Shown in pieces: positions 1 to 11,355 of a DNA stretch of 64,000 nucleotides; positions within the stretch are counted from its first letter, which is position 1; each line of letters begins with the position of its first letter. This DNA is from Candidatus Desulfaltia sp. (GTDB lineage: Bacteria > Acidobacteriota > Aminicenantia > Aminicenantales > UBA8522). The translations under genes and the position numbers were made by a program. The stretch spans positions 1,843-65,842 of the forward strand of contig DATKXS010000157.1 of assembly GCA_035528895.1 (NCBI GenBank). Reading direction: 5' to 3'. The notes beneath the pieces were generated by a model. It was not told the origin of the DNA. It did not search any database and worked only from the letters and a program-made list of their open reading frames with translations.

Positions 1-298
1 TTGCCCTAAAGCGCTGAGCAATCATCGGAGTCGGATTTTTCCCTGCGCCGGCCAGATGAGAACTTTTGTCTTGTTCTTCTCCGGCACAATCGCGGGGGAT
101 TGTAAGTCGCCGCCAAGAAAGATGTCAAGCCGGAGGGGAATGTTCACTTCAAGGGGTCAGCGGCTCGGCGTTTCACTCCCCCGATCTTCGGGAAAGGGAA
201 GGGCAGCGACGTCCCCGGCCCATTTCAGTTGAATCCGACGCCGCCTTGTCCTGTTCACCCGGGTTTTGATAGAATGCAGCTTTAAAGTCGGAGCGAAC

Positions 299-1270
299 AT
301 GGAAAGACGGAAATTTTTTCAGGCATTGTCGACTGGGGTGATCGGCGCGGCGGGAGTTTTGCGCGGCCGGACGTCCCGCCCGGGCATGCTGGGATCTATT
401 CCTGAGCAGCCGCTCCCCAGGCGTCCCCTCGGCCGCACCGGGGAGAAGCTCTCGATCATCGGCCTGGGCGGCCTCGTCCTGGCGGATGAATCATCGGATA
501 CAGCCGATTCCCTTGTCGGCGAGGCCATCGACCACGGGATCAACTATTTCGATGTCGCCCCGAGCTACGGGAACGCCGAAGACCGGATGGGCCCGGCGCT
601 CAAACCCTACCGAAAAAATGTCTTCCTCGCCTGCAAGACACTGAAGCGCGATAAATCCGGCGCCGCCGAGGAGCTTCATCAGTCCCTCCAGAAGCTGCAG
701 ACCGACCACTTCGACCTCTATCAGCTCCATGCGGTCTCCAAGACGGAAGACGTTGAGCAGGCCTTTGCCACGAACGGCGCCATGGAAACTTTTATCCAAG
801 CCAAAAAAGACGGGAAGGTCCGTTTCCTCGGGTTCTCGGCCCATTCGGCCGAGGCCGCGCTCCTGGCCATCCAGCAGTTCGATTTCGACACCGTCCTCTT
901 TCCGGTCAATTTCGTCTGTTTTCTCAAAGGCGGTTTCGGGCCCCAGGTCGTTGCCGCCGCGAAAGAAAAAAAGATGGGCATCCTGGCGCTCAAGGCCCTG
1001 GCCCGCCAGCCCTGGCCCGATGACAAACAGCGCCGGGATTGGCCGAAGTGCTGGTACCAGCCGATCCTCGACCGGGAAGAAGCCGGTCTATCGCTTCGTT
1101 TCACCCTCTCGCAGCCCGTGACCGCGGCCGTCCCACCCGGAGACAAGCGTCTTTTCAGAAAAGCCCTCGAACTGGCCCCCGGATTCAGTCCATTGCGAGC
1201 CGAGGAGGAGGCGAGGGTGAGACAGATGGCTGCCGGCTTAAACCCGTTGTTCAGTGCCCAGTCAGGGTGA
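299..1270 (+). CDS. aldo/keto reductase family oxidoreductase with twin-arginine (Tat) signal peptide
   Basis: AKR motifs (GxxYFDxAxxYG, LxACKT) seen in translation. N-terminus MERRKFFQALSTGVIGAAG matches an RRxF Tat motif. ATG at 299 is preceded by GGAG. Confidence 0.8.
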   Translation: MERRKFFQALSTGVIGAAGVLRGRTSRPGMLGSIPEQPLPRRPLGRTGEKLSIIGLGGLVLADESSDTADSLVGEAIDHGINYFDVAPSYGNAEDRMGPALKPYRKNVFLACKTLKRDKSGAAEELHQSLQKLQTDHFDLYQLHAVSKTEDVEQAFATNGAMETFIQAKKDGKVRFLGFSAHSAEAALLAIQQFDFDTVLFPVNFVCFLKGGFGPQVVAAAKEKKMGILALKALARQPWPDDKQRRDWPKCWYQPILDREEAGLSLRFTLSQPVTAAVPPGDKRLFRKALELAPGFSPLRAEEEARVRQMAAGLNPLFSAQSG

Positions 1271-1315
1271 TATGGCTTCGCTATTGTTCGCCATGTCCCG
1301 CAGAAAGGAGTGCCG

Positions 1316-2809
1316 ATGAGAAAAAGTGTCGCCTGCGGATTTATCCTTCTCCTGATAGCGGCAAACGTTGTCTTCTCCGCCCAGGAAGAAAACCCTCTCC
1401 TCATCAAGGTCAAGCCGGCCAAGCTTACGCCGCTCAAAAAAGAAGCTCTGGCCTGGGTGGATGCCGCCTCGCCCGAGCTCTCCAAGCTCAACGACGAGAT
1501 CTGGCGTGCCGCCGAAGTAGCCATGGAAGAATACCGCTCAGCCGAGGCCCTGGCGTCCTACCTCGAAGAAATGGGCTTTGCCGTGGAGAGGGGAGTAGCC
1601 GGCCTGCCCACGGCCTTTGTCGGAGTCTATGGCTCGGGGCAGCCGGTCATCGGGTTCCTGGCCGAGTATGACGCGCTCCCCAGCCTCTCCCAAGAGGCCG
1701 TAACCTCAAAGAAACCGGTCAAGGAAGGCGCTCCCGGCCACGGCTGCGGTCACAATATCTTCGGAGTGGCCAGCACCGCCGCCGCCGTCGCCGTCAAAGA
1801 TGTGATGGCCCGCCATGGGATCCCCGGGACGCTCAAGGTCTTCGGCTGCCCGGCCGAAGAGACGGTCGAGGGCAAGGCCTTCATGGCCCGGGCCGGCCTT
1901 TTCGACGGCCTGTCCTGCTGCATCCAGTGGCATCCGAGCTCGGAGAACTCCGTTTCACTAGAGTCGAGCAACGCCCTGAACCAGTTCGAATTGGAATTCT
2001 CCGGCCGGACGGCCCACTCCGCCGGCGATCCCTGGCACGGCCGGAGCGCCCTGGATGCCGTCGAGCTCACCGACATCGGCCTGAACTTCCTGCGTGAGCA
2101 CTTGAAACCGACGGCCCGGATCCACTACGTCATCCAGGATGGAGGGAAGGCGCCGAACGTCGTTCCGGACTACGCCCGGGCCTGGTACTATGTGCGCGAT
2201 GTCGACCGGGAAAGCGTCGAGAAAGACTACGAGCGGGTGCTCAAGATCATCGACGGGGCCGCTAAGATGACCGAGACGACCTATAAAATCCATTTCAAAA
2301 GCGGCGTTCACGAGACCTTAGCCAACCGGGCCGGCTCCGAGGTCGTCTACGCCAACCTTCTCCTCATCGGCGCGCCGGCTTTCACCGAAGAGGAGCAGTC
2401 CTTCGCCAAGGAGATCCAGAAGGATATCGGCGTCGAGGAGAAGGGCCTGAGCACGAAGATCGAGCCCTTCTCACATCCCGAAAAGAGCTGGGGAAGCGGT
2501 TCGACCGATGTGGCCGAAGTGAGCTGGCTCACCCCGACCACGAGCCTCGGAGTGGCCTTTACTCCTACCGGAACACCCGGCCACCACTGGGCGGCCGTCG
2601 CCTGCGGCGGGATGTCCATCGGCCATAAATGCCTGGCCACGGCGGCCAAGGTCATGGCCGCATCCTGCCTGGACTTTCTCTCCCAGCCCGAAATCATTCA
2701 AAGGATGCGGGAAGAGTGGACGGCCCGGAAGAAAGGCCGGGAATATCAATCCCCCCTGCCGGCGGACTTGAAGCCCCGAGTCGTACCCAAGAAAGAAGAA
2801 CCGTCTTAA
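1316..2809 (+). CDS. M20 family amidohydrolase/peptidase (AbgB / hippurate hydrolase-like), secreted
   Basis: Signal peptide followed by the HGCGHN metal-binding motif typical of the M20D family. AAAGGAG RBS lies 5 nt upstream of the ATG at 1316. Confidence 0.8.
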   Translation: MRKSVACGFILLLIAANVVFSAQEENPLLIKVKPAKLTPLKKEALAWVDAASPELSKLNDEIWRAAEVAMEEYRSAEALASYLEEMGFAVERGVAGLPTAFVGVYGSGQPVIGFLAEYDALPSLSQEAVTSKKPVKEGAPGHGCGHNIFGVASTAAAVAVKDVMARHGIPGTLKVFGCPAEETVEGKAFMARAGLFDGLSCCIQWHPSSENSVSLESSNALNQFELEFSGRTAHSAGDPWHGRSALDAVELTDIGLNFLREHLKPTARIHYVIQDGGKAPNVVPDYARAWYYVRDVDRESVEKDYERVLKIIDGAAKMTETTYKIHFKSGVHETLANRAGSEVVYANLLLIGAPAFTEEEQSFAKEIQKDIGVEEKGLSTKIEPFSHPEKSWGSGSTDVAEVSWLTPTTSLGVAFTPTGTPGHHWAAVACGGMSIGHKCLATAAKVMAASCLDFLSQPEIIQRMREEWTARKKGREYQSPLPADLKPRVVPKKEEPS

Positions 2810-4284
2810 TGAAGAGTAAACTTCTGGCCACAAAGAGCCTGGAAGATCTCTCCCAGGAGGCCTCGTCCACTGTGCAAGGGCTGAAAAGAGTCCTGGGCCC
2901 CTGGCACCTGATCTTTCTCGGCATCGGAGCGATCGTCGGCGCCGGAATTTTTGTCATCACCGGGCACGCGGCCGCTCAGTACGCCGGACCGGGCGTCACC
3001 CTCTCTTTCGTCCTGGCGGGACTGACCTGCTCGTTCGCCGGTCTGTGTTACGCCGAGTTCGCCTCGCTCATCCCGATCGCCGGCAGCGCCTACACCTATG
3101 CCTACGCGACGCTCGGAGAATTTTTCGCTTGGATCATCGGCTGGGACCTCATCCTCGAGTACTCGCTCGGCGCGACCGCAGTCTCGATCGGCTGGTCGGG
3201 CTACATCGTCAGCTTTCTTAAGGATCTCGGGATCAACTTCCCGGCGGTCCTGGCCAATGCGCCTTTTGCCTATGATCCCCAGCACCACTCCTGGACGGCC
3301 ACCGGGGCGCTGTTCAACCTGCCGGCCTTTTTCGTTATCGCTCTGATCACTACCCTTCTCGTCAAAGGGATCAAGGAGTCGGCGACGGTCAACGCCGTCA
3401 TCGTCTTCCTCAAGATCGCGGTGATCCTAATCTTCATCGGCGTCGGCGTCTTTTTCATCAAGCCGGAACTATGGAAGCCGTTCATCCCGGCTAACCAGGG
3501 CCAATTCGGGTTCTTCGGGATGAGCGGGATCCTGCGGGGGGCCGGGGTCATGTTCTTCGCCTACCTGGGATTTGACGCCGTCTCCACGGTCGCCCAGGAG
3601 GCCCGCAATCCGCAACGGGATATGCCCCGCGGCATTCTCGGCAGCCTGGTCATCTGCACGGTTATCTACATCGCCTTCTCTCTCGTGTTGACCGGTGTGG
3701 TCTCCTACACCCAGCTCAACGTGCCCGCTCCGGTGGCCGTGGCCATCGACGCCATGCGGGTCCTCTGGCTCTCGCCGCTCGTCAAGATCGCGGCCGTGGT
3801 CGGGCTGATCTCGGTCATGATCGTCCAACTCATGGGGCAGCCGCGCATTTTCTTCTCCATGGCCACCGACGGGCTGCTTCCCAGGGCGGCGGCCAGAGTC
3901 CACCCGAAGTATGGGACGCCCTATGTGACCACGATCGTGACCGGGCTGGGCGTGGCGATCGCCGCGTCGCTCCTGCCTATCGGCATCGTCGGCGAGCTCG
4001 TCAGCATCGGGACGCTTCTGGCGTTCGTCATCGTCTGTGCCGGGGTGCTCGTTCTTCGCTACACTCATCCGGAGATTCCCAGGCCCTTCAAAACGCCCGG
4101 AGTTCCGTTCATCCCGGCCCTGGGGATCCTGAGCTGCCTGTATCTCATGGTCGGGCTCCCCAAGGACACCTGGATCCGGCTGCTGGGCTGGATGGGGCTG
4201 GGTTTCGTTATCTACTTCACCTACGGCATCCGCAAAAGCAAGCTGCGCCTGAAGGAAAAACTGCGGACCGACGTCCAGCCGTAG
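2809..4284 (+). CDS. APC superfamily amino acid permease
   Basis: About 12 predicted TM helices and APC-type motifs ([23 protein letters not shown]). The internal ATG at 2809 overlaps the upstream stop (TAATG). Confidence 0.85.
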   Translation: MKSKLLATKSLEDLSQEASSTVQGLKRVLGPWHLIFLGIGAIVGAGIFVITGHAAAQYAGPGVTLSFVLAGLTCSFAGLCYAEFASLIPIAGSAYTYAYATLGEFFAWIIGWDLILEYSLGATAVSIGWSGYIVSFLKDLGINFPAVLANAPFAYDPQHHSWTATGALFNLPAFFVIALITTLLVKGIKESATVNAVIVFLKIAVILIFIGVGVFFIKPELWKPFIPANQGQFGFFGMSGILRGAGVMFFAYLGFDAVSTVAQEARNPQRDMPRGILGSLVICTVIYIAFSLVLTGVVSYTQLNVPAPVAVAIDAMRVLWLSPLVKIAAVVGLISVMIVQLMGQPRIFFSMATDGLLPRAAARVHPKYGTPYVTTIVTGLGVAIAASLLPIGIVGELVSIGTLLAFVIVCAGVLVLRYTHPEIPRPFKTPGVPFIPALGILSCLYLMVGLPKDTWIRLLGWMGLGFVIYFTYGIRKSKLRLKEKLRTDVQP

Positions 4285-4291
4285 GACGATC

Positions 4292-5707
<1,416 letters not shown>

Positions 5708-5809
5708 GATGATACACTCCTTTATTGGATTCGATCGCAGTGACTAAAATTCAGTATATCAAAAAATGCCCGGCGAGCCCATTCCATTTATCCTAATTTA
5801 ACCATCTCC

Positions 5810-5952
5810 TTTTCCGTGATTTCTCTGGTCTCAGGAGGCCGCCCTATGCCCCCGCACCCCGGGGAACCAGTCACATCGGTTCCCCCCATCGGAAAATAGC
5901 CGATGGGTCCCCCCTCCGCTACGGGGGCCTTAGGTCGGCCTCCTGAGACCAA
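5810..5952. repeat. structured ~145-nt intergenic repeat element, copy A (nested inverted repeats, multi-hairpin)
   Basis: Near-perfect outer 20-nt inverted repeat ggtctcaggaggccgcccta / taggtcggcctcctgagacc. Inner hairpins ggggaacc..ggttcccc and ccatcgg..ccgatgg. About 85% identical to the copy at 51822-51972. Confidence 0.7.
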
Positions 5953-6048
5953 CACAAAGATCACCGACTGGGAAGTGCCTCCTAGCATAACGGCGGCGAA
6001 AAGTGTATAAGGAGCATAAAAAAATAGGTGCAATCAGGAGGCCCGGCC

Positions 6049-7698
6049 ATGAACAAATATCGTCCGCTTTATCTTGTTTTTATCTTCCTTTTCTTTTTGA
6101 TCAGCGGTTTTATGGCCATCTCCGGGGAAAAAGCGGTATCCAAGGATGCCGGTTCCTATGATGAACTGGTTGCACTTTTTAGGGAATGGCGGGAGTTCCA
6201 GAAACCCAGGGTTGTCAACGGTGTGCCCGATTATTCAGCAGCGGCGATGAAGGAGCAGAGAGATAAACTTGCGGCCTTCCAGAAACGGCTGGCGGCCATC
6301 GACTGCACCCGCTGGCCGGTTGCCCAACAGGTCGACTACCATCTTGTCCGGGCCGAGATGAACGGCCTCGAGTTCGACCACCGCGTCCTCCGGCCGTGGT
6401 CACGGATGCCCAATTTTTATGTCTCCGTCACCGCATCCGAGCATGATGTGCCGCTTCGGGAAGGGCCGGAGATTTTCGACCCGCTCAACCTCTGGAAGCA
6501 TGAGTTACCGCTGGGGGAGAAGGAGGTGCTGGAATATAGGGAGAAGCTCCGTGCTGTTCCTGCCATCCTTGCCCAGGGTAAAAAGAACCTGGTCGAAGAA
6601 ACGAAAGACCTTTGGACACTCGGCATCCCCGAGATTCGAGGCGAGAGCAGGACCCTCGACTATCTGGCCAGGCAATTGGCAAAATATCATCCGGACATTG
6701 CGCCCGAGGCAAAGAGGGCCAAATCGGCCGTCGATGATTTCCTTTTCTGGGTCGAGGAAAAAGAGAAAACGATGAAACCGGCACCCTGCGGAATCGGGGT
6801 CGAAAATTTTGACTGGTACATGAAAAACGTCCATCTCGTCCCCTACACCTGGAAAGAACAGGTCGCCGTGCTGGAGAGAGAATGGGAACGCTCGACCGCC
6901 TCCCTGAAACTCGAGGAACACCGGAACCGTCATCTTCCTGAGCTCGTTCCTCTGGCAACCGAAGAAGAGGCGAGGCGCCGCTACAACGAGGCTGTCGATG
7001 AGTTCATGCGGTTTCTGAGGGAGGAGTCCGTCTTCACAGTGCCCGATTACCTGCACTTGGACTATTTCAGGGGACGGTTTGCCCCGCCGGACGCCCAGCG
7101 TGATTTCTTCGCCAAGGTCGAGTCGCTCGACTCCATGCCTATGAAATGCCACAGCATGCACTGGCTGGACAAACAGCTTATGGCCAACGATCCTCATCCC
7201 AGCCCTATCCGCCGCGTTCCGCTTCTCTACAACATCTGGGATTCGCGGGCGGAAGGCCTGGCCACGGCGATGGAGGAACTGATGATGCAGGCCGGTCTTC
7301 TGGACGAGAGGCCTCGGGCCAAGGAGTTGGTCTATATTCTCGTCGCCATGCGTTGCGCCAGGGCCATGGGGGACCTCAAGATGCACAGCAACAAGTGGAA
7401 CCTCGAACAGGCGAGGCAGTATGCCGTGGAGCGGACGCCCTATGGCTGGCTTCTTCGCGACGGCGAGACGATCTGGACCGACCTGCGGATCTACCTTCAG
7501 CAGCCCGGCTACGGGACGAGCTACGTCGTGGGCAAGGTCCAGATTGACAAGCTTATGGCCGACCGGTCCGGCCAAATGGGCGCCGGGTTTAAGCTCCAGA
7601 AATTCATGGACGAATTCCTAGGCTGCGGCATGATCCCCGTCTCACTCAGCCGCTGGGAGATGACCGGCCTGGAGGACGAGATCAAGAAGCTTTGGTGA
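6049..7698 (+). CDS. secreted hypothetical protein, possibly DUF885-like
   Basis: N-terminal signal peptide, with AGGAGG RBS before the ATG at 6049. Overall size and the C-terminal F-DEFLGxGxxPVSL pattern are reminiscent of DUF885 lipoproteins, but no HExxH-type motif was found. Confidence 0.45.
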   Translation: MNKYRPLYLVFIFLFFLISGFMAISGEKAVSKDAGSYDELVALFREWREFQKPRVVNGVPDYSAAAMKEQRDKLAAFQKRLAAIDCTRWPVAQQVDYHLVRAEMNGLEFDHRVLRPWSRMPNFYVSVTASEHDVPLREGPEIFDPLNLWKHELPLGEKEVLEYREKLRAVPAILAQGKKNLVEETKDLWTLGIPEIRGESRTLDYLARQLAKYHPDIAPEAKRAKSAVDDFLFWVEEKEKTMKPAPCGIGVENFDWYMKNVHLVPYTWKEQVAVLEREWERSTASLKLEEHRNRHLPELVPLATEEEARRRYNEAVDEFMRFLREESVFTVPDYLHLDYFRGRFAPPDAQRDFFAKVESLDSMPMKCHSMHWLDKQLMANDPHPSPIRRVPLLYNIWDSRAEGLATAMEELMMQAGLLDERPRAKELVYILVAMRCARAMGDLKMHSNKWNLEQARQYAVERTPYGWLLRDGETIWTDLRIYLQQPGYGTSYVVGKVQIDKLMADRSGQMGAGFKLQKFMDEFLGCGMIPVSLSRWEMTGLEDEIKKLW

Positions 7699-7719
7699 CT
7701 GCAAAAAATGGGGACTGCA

Positions 7720-7757
7720 AAAAATGGGGACGGTCCTATTTTTGTCCCCATTTTTTC
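7720..7757 (+). terminator. rho-independent (bidirectional) terminator hairpin
   Basis: The sequence aaaaaatggggac..gtccccatttttt is a 12-bp GC-rich stem flanked by an A-tract and a T-tract, just after the 7698 stop. It is preceded by a 17-nt tandem duplication (ggggactgcaaaaaatg x2). Confidence 0.7.
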
Positions 7758-7923
7758 CGAGCAATCTTGTGTTTGACTGTTCGTTTGTCGTTTAATGCTG
7801 AGTGTGCTAAATTGGTAGCTCCCTCCGAGTCAAAGAGTCTAAGGCGGAGAAACCGTTAGGACTCGCGCCCGTCAGGGCAAGGCCGGAAACGGCCCTGCCT
7901 TCCGTGCTTGAAAAGGAGGCCAG

Positions 7924-9873
7924 ATGCAGCATCGGAACCGCGGTTTTTCCATCACCCAAACAAAGATGAGCGCCCTAATCTTAGGTCTCATTATCAGCCT
8001 TTCGTTCTCTTTTCCCGGCTGGAGCCAGGAAAAAACCAAGGAAAAGGAAGTCGACAAAAAGGCCCAAGAGACCAAAATCACAGAAGAGATCATCGTTGTC
8101 GGCCGGGCGCCGCGCGATCTTCCCGTGGCCACGGTCACAACGATCATGGTGACGCAGATCGACCAGCGCCGGCCCCTGGACCTGGCCGAAGCTATCAGGT
8201 ACGCCCCGGGCGTCATGGTGACCTTCGGCGACAAAGACACGTACACCCTCAAACTGCGGGGCATGGACGCCAAACGCATCGCCCTGCTCCTGGACGGCGT
8301 TCCCGAGGTTGAGCCTTACTACAGCACCTTCGACCTGAAAACGGTCACGGCCGCGGGGCTCGACTCGCTCCAGATCACCAAAGGCCCTTCTTCGGTCCTC
8401 TATGGTCCTAACACGCTGGGCGGCATCGTTAACGTCATCACCCGCCGGCCGGGCCCGGAGCCGCGCTTGGCGCTGACCGGCTCCTACGGCGAGCATTCCA
8501 CCCGGGGCATCATCCTCGACGGCGGCGCGCAGTGGAAGAAGTTCGCCCTGGCGGGGAGCGCCTCCTACCAGGATTCGAACCGTTTCGTTTATCCCGACGA
8601 GTCCGGCGAAAATGTCTCCCGGGCCAACAGCGACTATGAGCGGTTCAACCTGAACGCCAAACTTTACTACACGCCGAGCGACCGGACCGAGATCATGGTC
8701 AACGGCGGGATCTACCGCTCGAACTACGGCATGCCCGCCGCCCTGTCCGTGCAGAGGGCTCGCTACTGGAGGTTTAAGAACTGGGACCGCACCTCGTTCA
8801 ACGCCGGCGGATTCACCTCCCTGGGCGAGCGCTCCACGCTCCGGTTCCGGGCGTTCTACATCGGCTATCAGAACACCCTTAACCAGTGGAGGGACGCGGC
8901 GATGACGGTCCGACAGTTCGAGAGCACGTTCGACAACGAAGTATACGGCGCCTTCGGGCTGGCGGACTTGGCGGCCGGCGACGGGAACGCCCTCAAGCTG
9001 AGCCTTTACTTCCAGAAAGATATCGCCAGGTCTCAGGATGACGTCGGGCTGTCCTGGGATGAGTTTGACCAGTCCACCATGGCGGCGGGTCTGGAAGACC
9101 ATTATGACCTCGGCGACCGCTGGAAGCTCATCGGCGGCTTGAGCCTGGACTATATCGCCAAGTACTCCGGCGGAAGCACGACCAAGCTCAACCCGTTGAT
9201 CGGAATCAAGTTCTCCCCCGCCGAATATCTCGACCTCCATGCTTCGGCCTCCCTCAAGTCCAAGTTCCCCTCGATGCGTTCGATGTACTCGACAACAAGC
9301 GGCAACCCCGACCTCGTCTCTGAGCAGGGGACCTGTTTCGAACTGGGGGGGTCTTACAATCGGGGAATACTCGTCAGCGGGGCGATTTTCGCCTATGAGT
9401 TCAAGAACTTAATCGACAGCGTCCGCCTCGCCGACGGATCGCGCCGCTACTGGAACATCGGCCGGGCCCACATCAACGGAGCTGAGCTCCAGGTCCAGAA
9501 AGACTGGCGGCGGGTGAGCCTCCTGGCCAACTACACTTACCTCGACAACCGTAACGAAAGCGACGACCGGCCACTCGATGCCCTTTCCGATCACTCCCTG
9601 AACTTCGACGTCACGCTGAGGCCCGTCGACCGACTCCGCCTGACGGCTCTCGGGCTCTATGGGTCCAAGTCCCACTGGTTCGATTCCACAACGAGCGAAG
9701 TCCTCGAAATTCCTGCCTACTTCAGCCTGGATGCCGTGGCCGCTTACGACCTCCGGTTCTGCGAGGTCTTCGTTAAGGCGACCAATATCTTCAACGCCGA
9801 AGTCTATACCGAGCCCGGCTTTCCCTGGAGGGGCAGCTACTTCGAGGTCGGGGTCCGCCTGCCGATATTATAA
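7924..9873 (+). CDS. TonB-dependent outer membrane receptor
   Basis: AAGGAGG RBS, signal peptide, plug-domain motifs (DLAEAIRYAPGV, GMDAKRIALLLDGVP) and a beta-barrel with alternating aromatic residues toward the C-terminus. Confidence 0.85.
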   Translation: MQHRNRGFSITQTKMSALILGLIISLSFSFPGWSQEKTKEKEVDKKAQETKITEEIIVVGRAPRDLPVATVTTIMVTQIDQRRPLDLAEAIRYAPGVMVTFGDKDTYTLKLRGMDAKRIALLLDGVPEVEPYYSTFDLKTVTAAGLDSLQITKGPSSVLYGPNTLGGIVNVITRRPGPEPRLALTGSYGEHSTRGIILDGGAQWKKFALAGSASYQDSNRFVYPDESGENVSRANSDYERFNLNAKLYYTPSDRTEIMVNGGIYRSNYGMPAALSVQRARYWRFKNWDRTSFNAGGFTSLGERSTLRFRAFYIGYQNTLNQWRDAAMTVRQFESTFDNEVYGAFGLADLAAGDGNALKLSLYFQKDIARSQDDVGLSWDEFDQSTMAAGLEDHYDLGDRWKLIGGLSLDYIAKYSGGSTTKLNPLIGIKFSPAEYLDLHASASLKSKFPSMRSMYSTTSGNPDLVSEQGTCFELGGSYNRGILVSGAIFAYEFKNLIDSVRLADGSRRYWNIGRAHINGAELQVQKDWRRVSLLANYTYLDNRNESDDRPLDALSDHSLNFDVTLRPVDRLRLTALGLYGSKSHWFDSTTSEVLEIPAYFSLDAVAAYDLRFCEVFVKATNIFNAEVYTEPGFPWRGSYFEVGVRLPIL

Positions 9874-9990
9874 GGATGATATGCCCATAGTGCCTGACTT
9901 GTCTTGAAAGTCATCCTGGCCCCCCATATCTTTTCGTCTTTATTGCCGTTTATCCAATGCTCAAGCCCAAGATGAAAAAGGCCGAAGCGA

Positions 9991-10464
9991 TTATCGGACC
10001 ATGATCTCTCCGCCAATTTCAGGCAGGGGCTTCTTGTTATTGGGGAAAACGAGAAGGCGGTAGGTGAGCTTGGCCCCGGGCTCGATCTTCGGGGGAGGGG
10101 AGGCAGAAGGGACGGTTTGCAGCAGCAGTCTTTCCGTTTTGCCGGGTTTTATCTCGCCGTAATCCCGGTCGATGCGGGCGATCTCTGCAGCGTCGAGCTC
10201 GATGGTCAGCCGGAAGTGTGTCTTGGCGATCGGCAATCGTCCGGAATTCTCGTACTCGACGAGAAATGCCGGCGGAAACTGCGGAACGGTCTTGACAACA
10301 GCGGCGCGGGCGCCCCTCAGGATCTCCTTGTCGATGCTCTTCCCGTGCCTCCAGTCGAGATAGATGCTTATCATCTGGGCGAGGATGACGAGGGAAGCGA
10401 CCGCGAGGAAAGTGACCTCAACGACTCTCTTGAGCTTGGCCGTCCCTTTTCGTTCTTCAAACAA
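9991..10464 (-). CDS. hypothetical membrane-anchored protein (single N-terminal TM)
   Basis: ORF with the hydrophobic segment VVEVTFLAVASLVILAQMISIYL. No recognisable domain. Confidence 0.4.
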   Translation of the reverse strand: MFEERKGTAKLKRVVEVTFLAVASLVILAQMISIYLDWRHGKSIDKEILRGARAAVVKTVPQFPPAFLVEYENSGRLPIAKTHFRLTIELDAAEIARIDRDYGEIKPGKTERLLLQTVPSASPPPKIEPGAKLTYRLLVFPNNKKPLPEIGGEIMVR

Positions 10465-10640
10465 ATGATCAGCCCTGTTTATTCGCCCTATACTATTCCC
10501 CTCAACGCCCTTTTGTAAAGATTTGAAGCAATCCCAGTAAAGGGAATACGAACTGGGTTCAGCCTTCTGAGAGTATTTTCACGGCGAAGCGTCCATAGAT
10601 ATGTTTGCAGACCACGAGCAGAACCATGCTAATAAATGGC

Positions 10641-10669
10641 TTGACAGAATAATCTTTACTTATTATAAT
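10641..10669 (+). promoter_or_regulatory. sigma70-like promoter of vapBC (TTGACA-17-TATAAT)
   Basis: Perfect consensus hexamers with 17-nt spacing sit in an AT-rich stretch 37 nt upstream of the vapB start. Confidence 0.6.
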
Positions 10670-10705
10670 ATATAAAGAAAATTATAAAAGGTAAAGGAAA
10701 AGCCA

Positions 10706-10945
10706 ATGACGGTTGCTACTGTCTCATCAAAAAGCCAAATTACTCTTCCCGCAGCGGCCTGCCGGACTGTCGGCATCAAGCCTCGCGACCGAGTCCTGAT
10801 CGAAGTCAAAGAAGGGGAGATCGTAGTTCGGCCGGCCCCGGATATCATGAGTTTCGAAGGTTTCCTGGGCAAAGCTCTTCCCCGTGAAAAGGAGAAGGAG
10901 GCTATGGCCGGGTTCATCATGGAAGAGCGAAAAAAGCACGAATGA
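10706..10945 (+). CDS. vapB: AbrB/MazE/SpoVT-type antitoxin VapB
   Basis: N-terminus MTVATVSSKSQITLPAAACRTVGIKPRDRVLIEV fits the swapped-hairpin AbrB-like fold. Its stop overlaps the PIN gene start (ATGA). Confidence 0.85.
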   Translation: MTVATVSSKSQITLPAAACRTVGIKPRDRVLIEVKEGEIVVRPAPDIMSFEGFLGKALPREKEKEAMAGFIMEERKKHE

Positions 10946-11355
10946 GCACCTGGTTTGTCGACGCCAATGTTTTTCTCCGGTTTTTCACCGTCGATGACCA
11001 GGATCAGCATGGACGGGCCGCCCTCCTCATCTCCAGAGCATCTAAGGGCGAGATCCGGCTCGTTTGTGGTCCCCCGGTGCTCTTTGAGCTTTCCTGGACG
11101 CTGCGGGCAGCTTATAAAGTCTCCAGAGAAAAAGTCTTGGAAGTTCTCAGCGCCATTTATTCGATGTCCGGTCTTGTCATGACCGATGCCCATCTCGTGG
11201 AGACGGCCTTGACCCTTGCTGACACCGCCGGCGTAGAGTTCCCCGATGCCTATATCGCCGCCGGCGCCTTAGCCGCAGAGTGCGACGGCGTTGCCACCTT
11301 CAATCGAAAAGATTTTGCCCGGATGAAGATCAAGCTGGCCGATTTTGACGATTAA
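10942..11355 (+). CDS. vapC: PIN-domain ribonuclease toxin VapC
   Basis: A conserved PIN acidic residue sits near the N-terminus (FVDANVF). The ~137 aa size and translational coupling to the upstream antitoxin also fit. Confidence 0.85.
   Translation: MSTWFVDANVFLRFFTVDDQDQHGRAALLISRASKGEIRLVCGPPVLFELSWTLRAAYKVSREKVLEVLSAIYSMSGLVMTDAHLVETALTLADTAGVEFPDAYIAAGALAAECDGVATFNRKDFARMKIKLADFDD

Noticed and set aside
5788-6033. 81-aa minus-strand ORF
   Set aside because: It lies entirely over the structured repeat element. The translation is Gly/Pro-rich and has no start context.
7758-7923. Possible riboswitch in the ~160-nt leader of the TonB-dependent receptor gene
   Set aside because: No cobalamin B12-box, TPP (CUGAGA) or other recognisable riboswitch consensus was identified by eye. 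Kept only as an untested leader.
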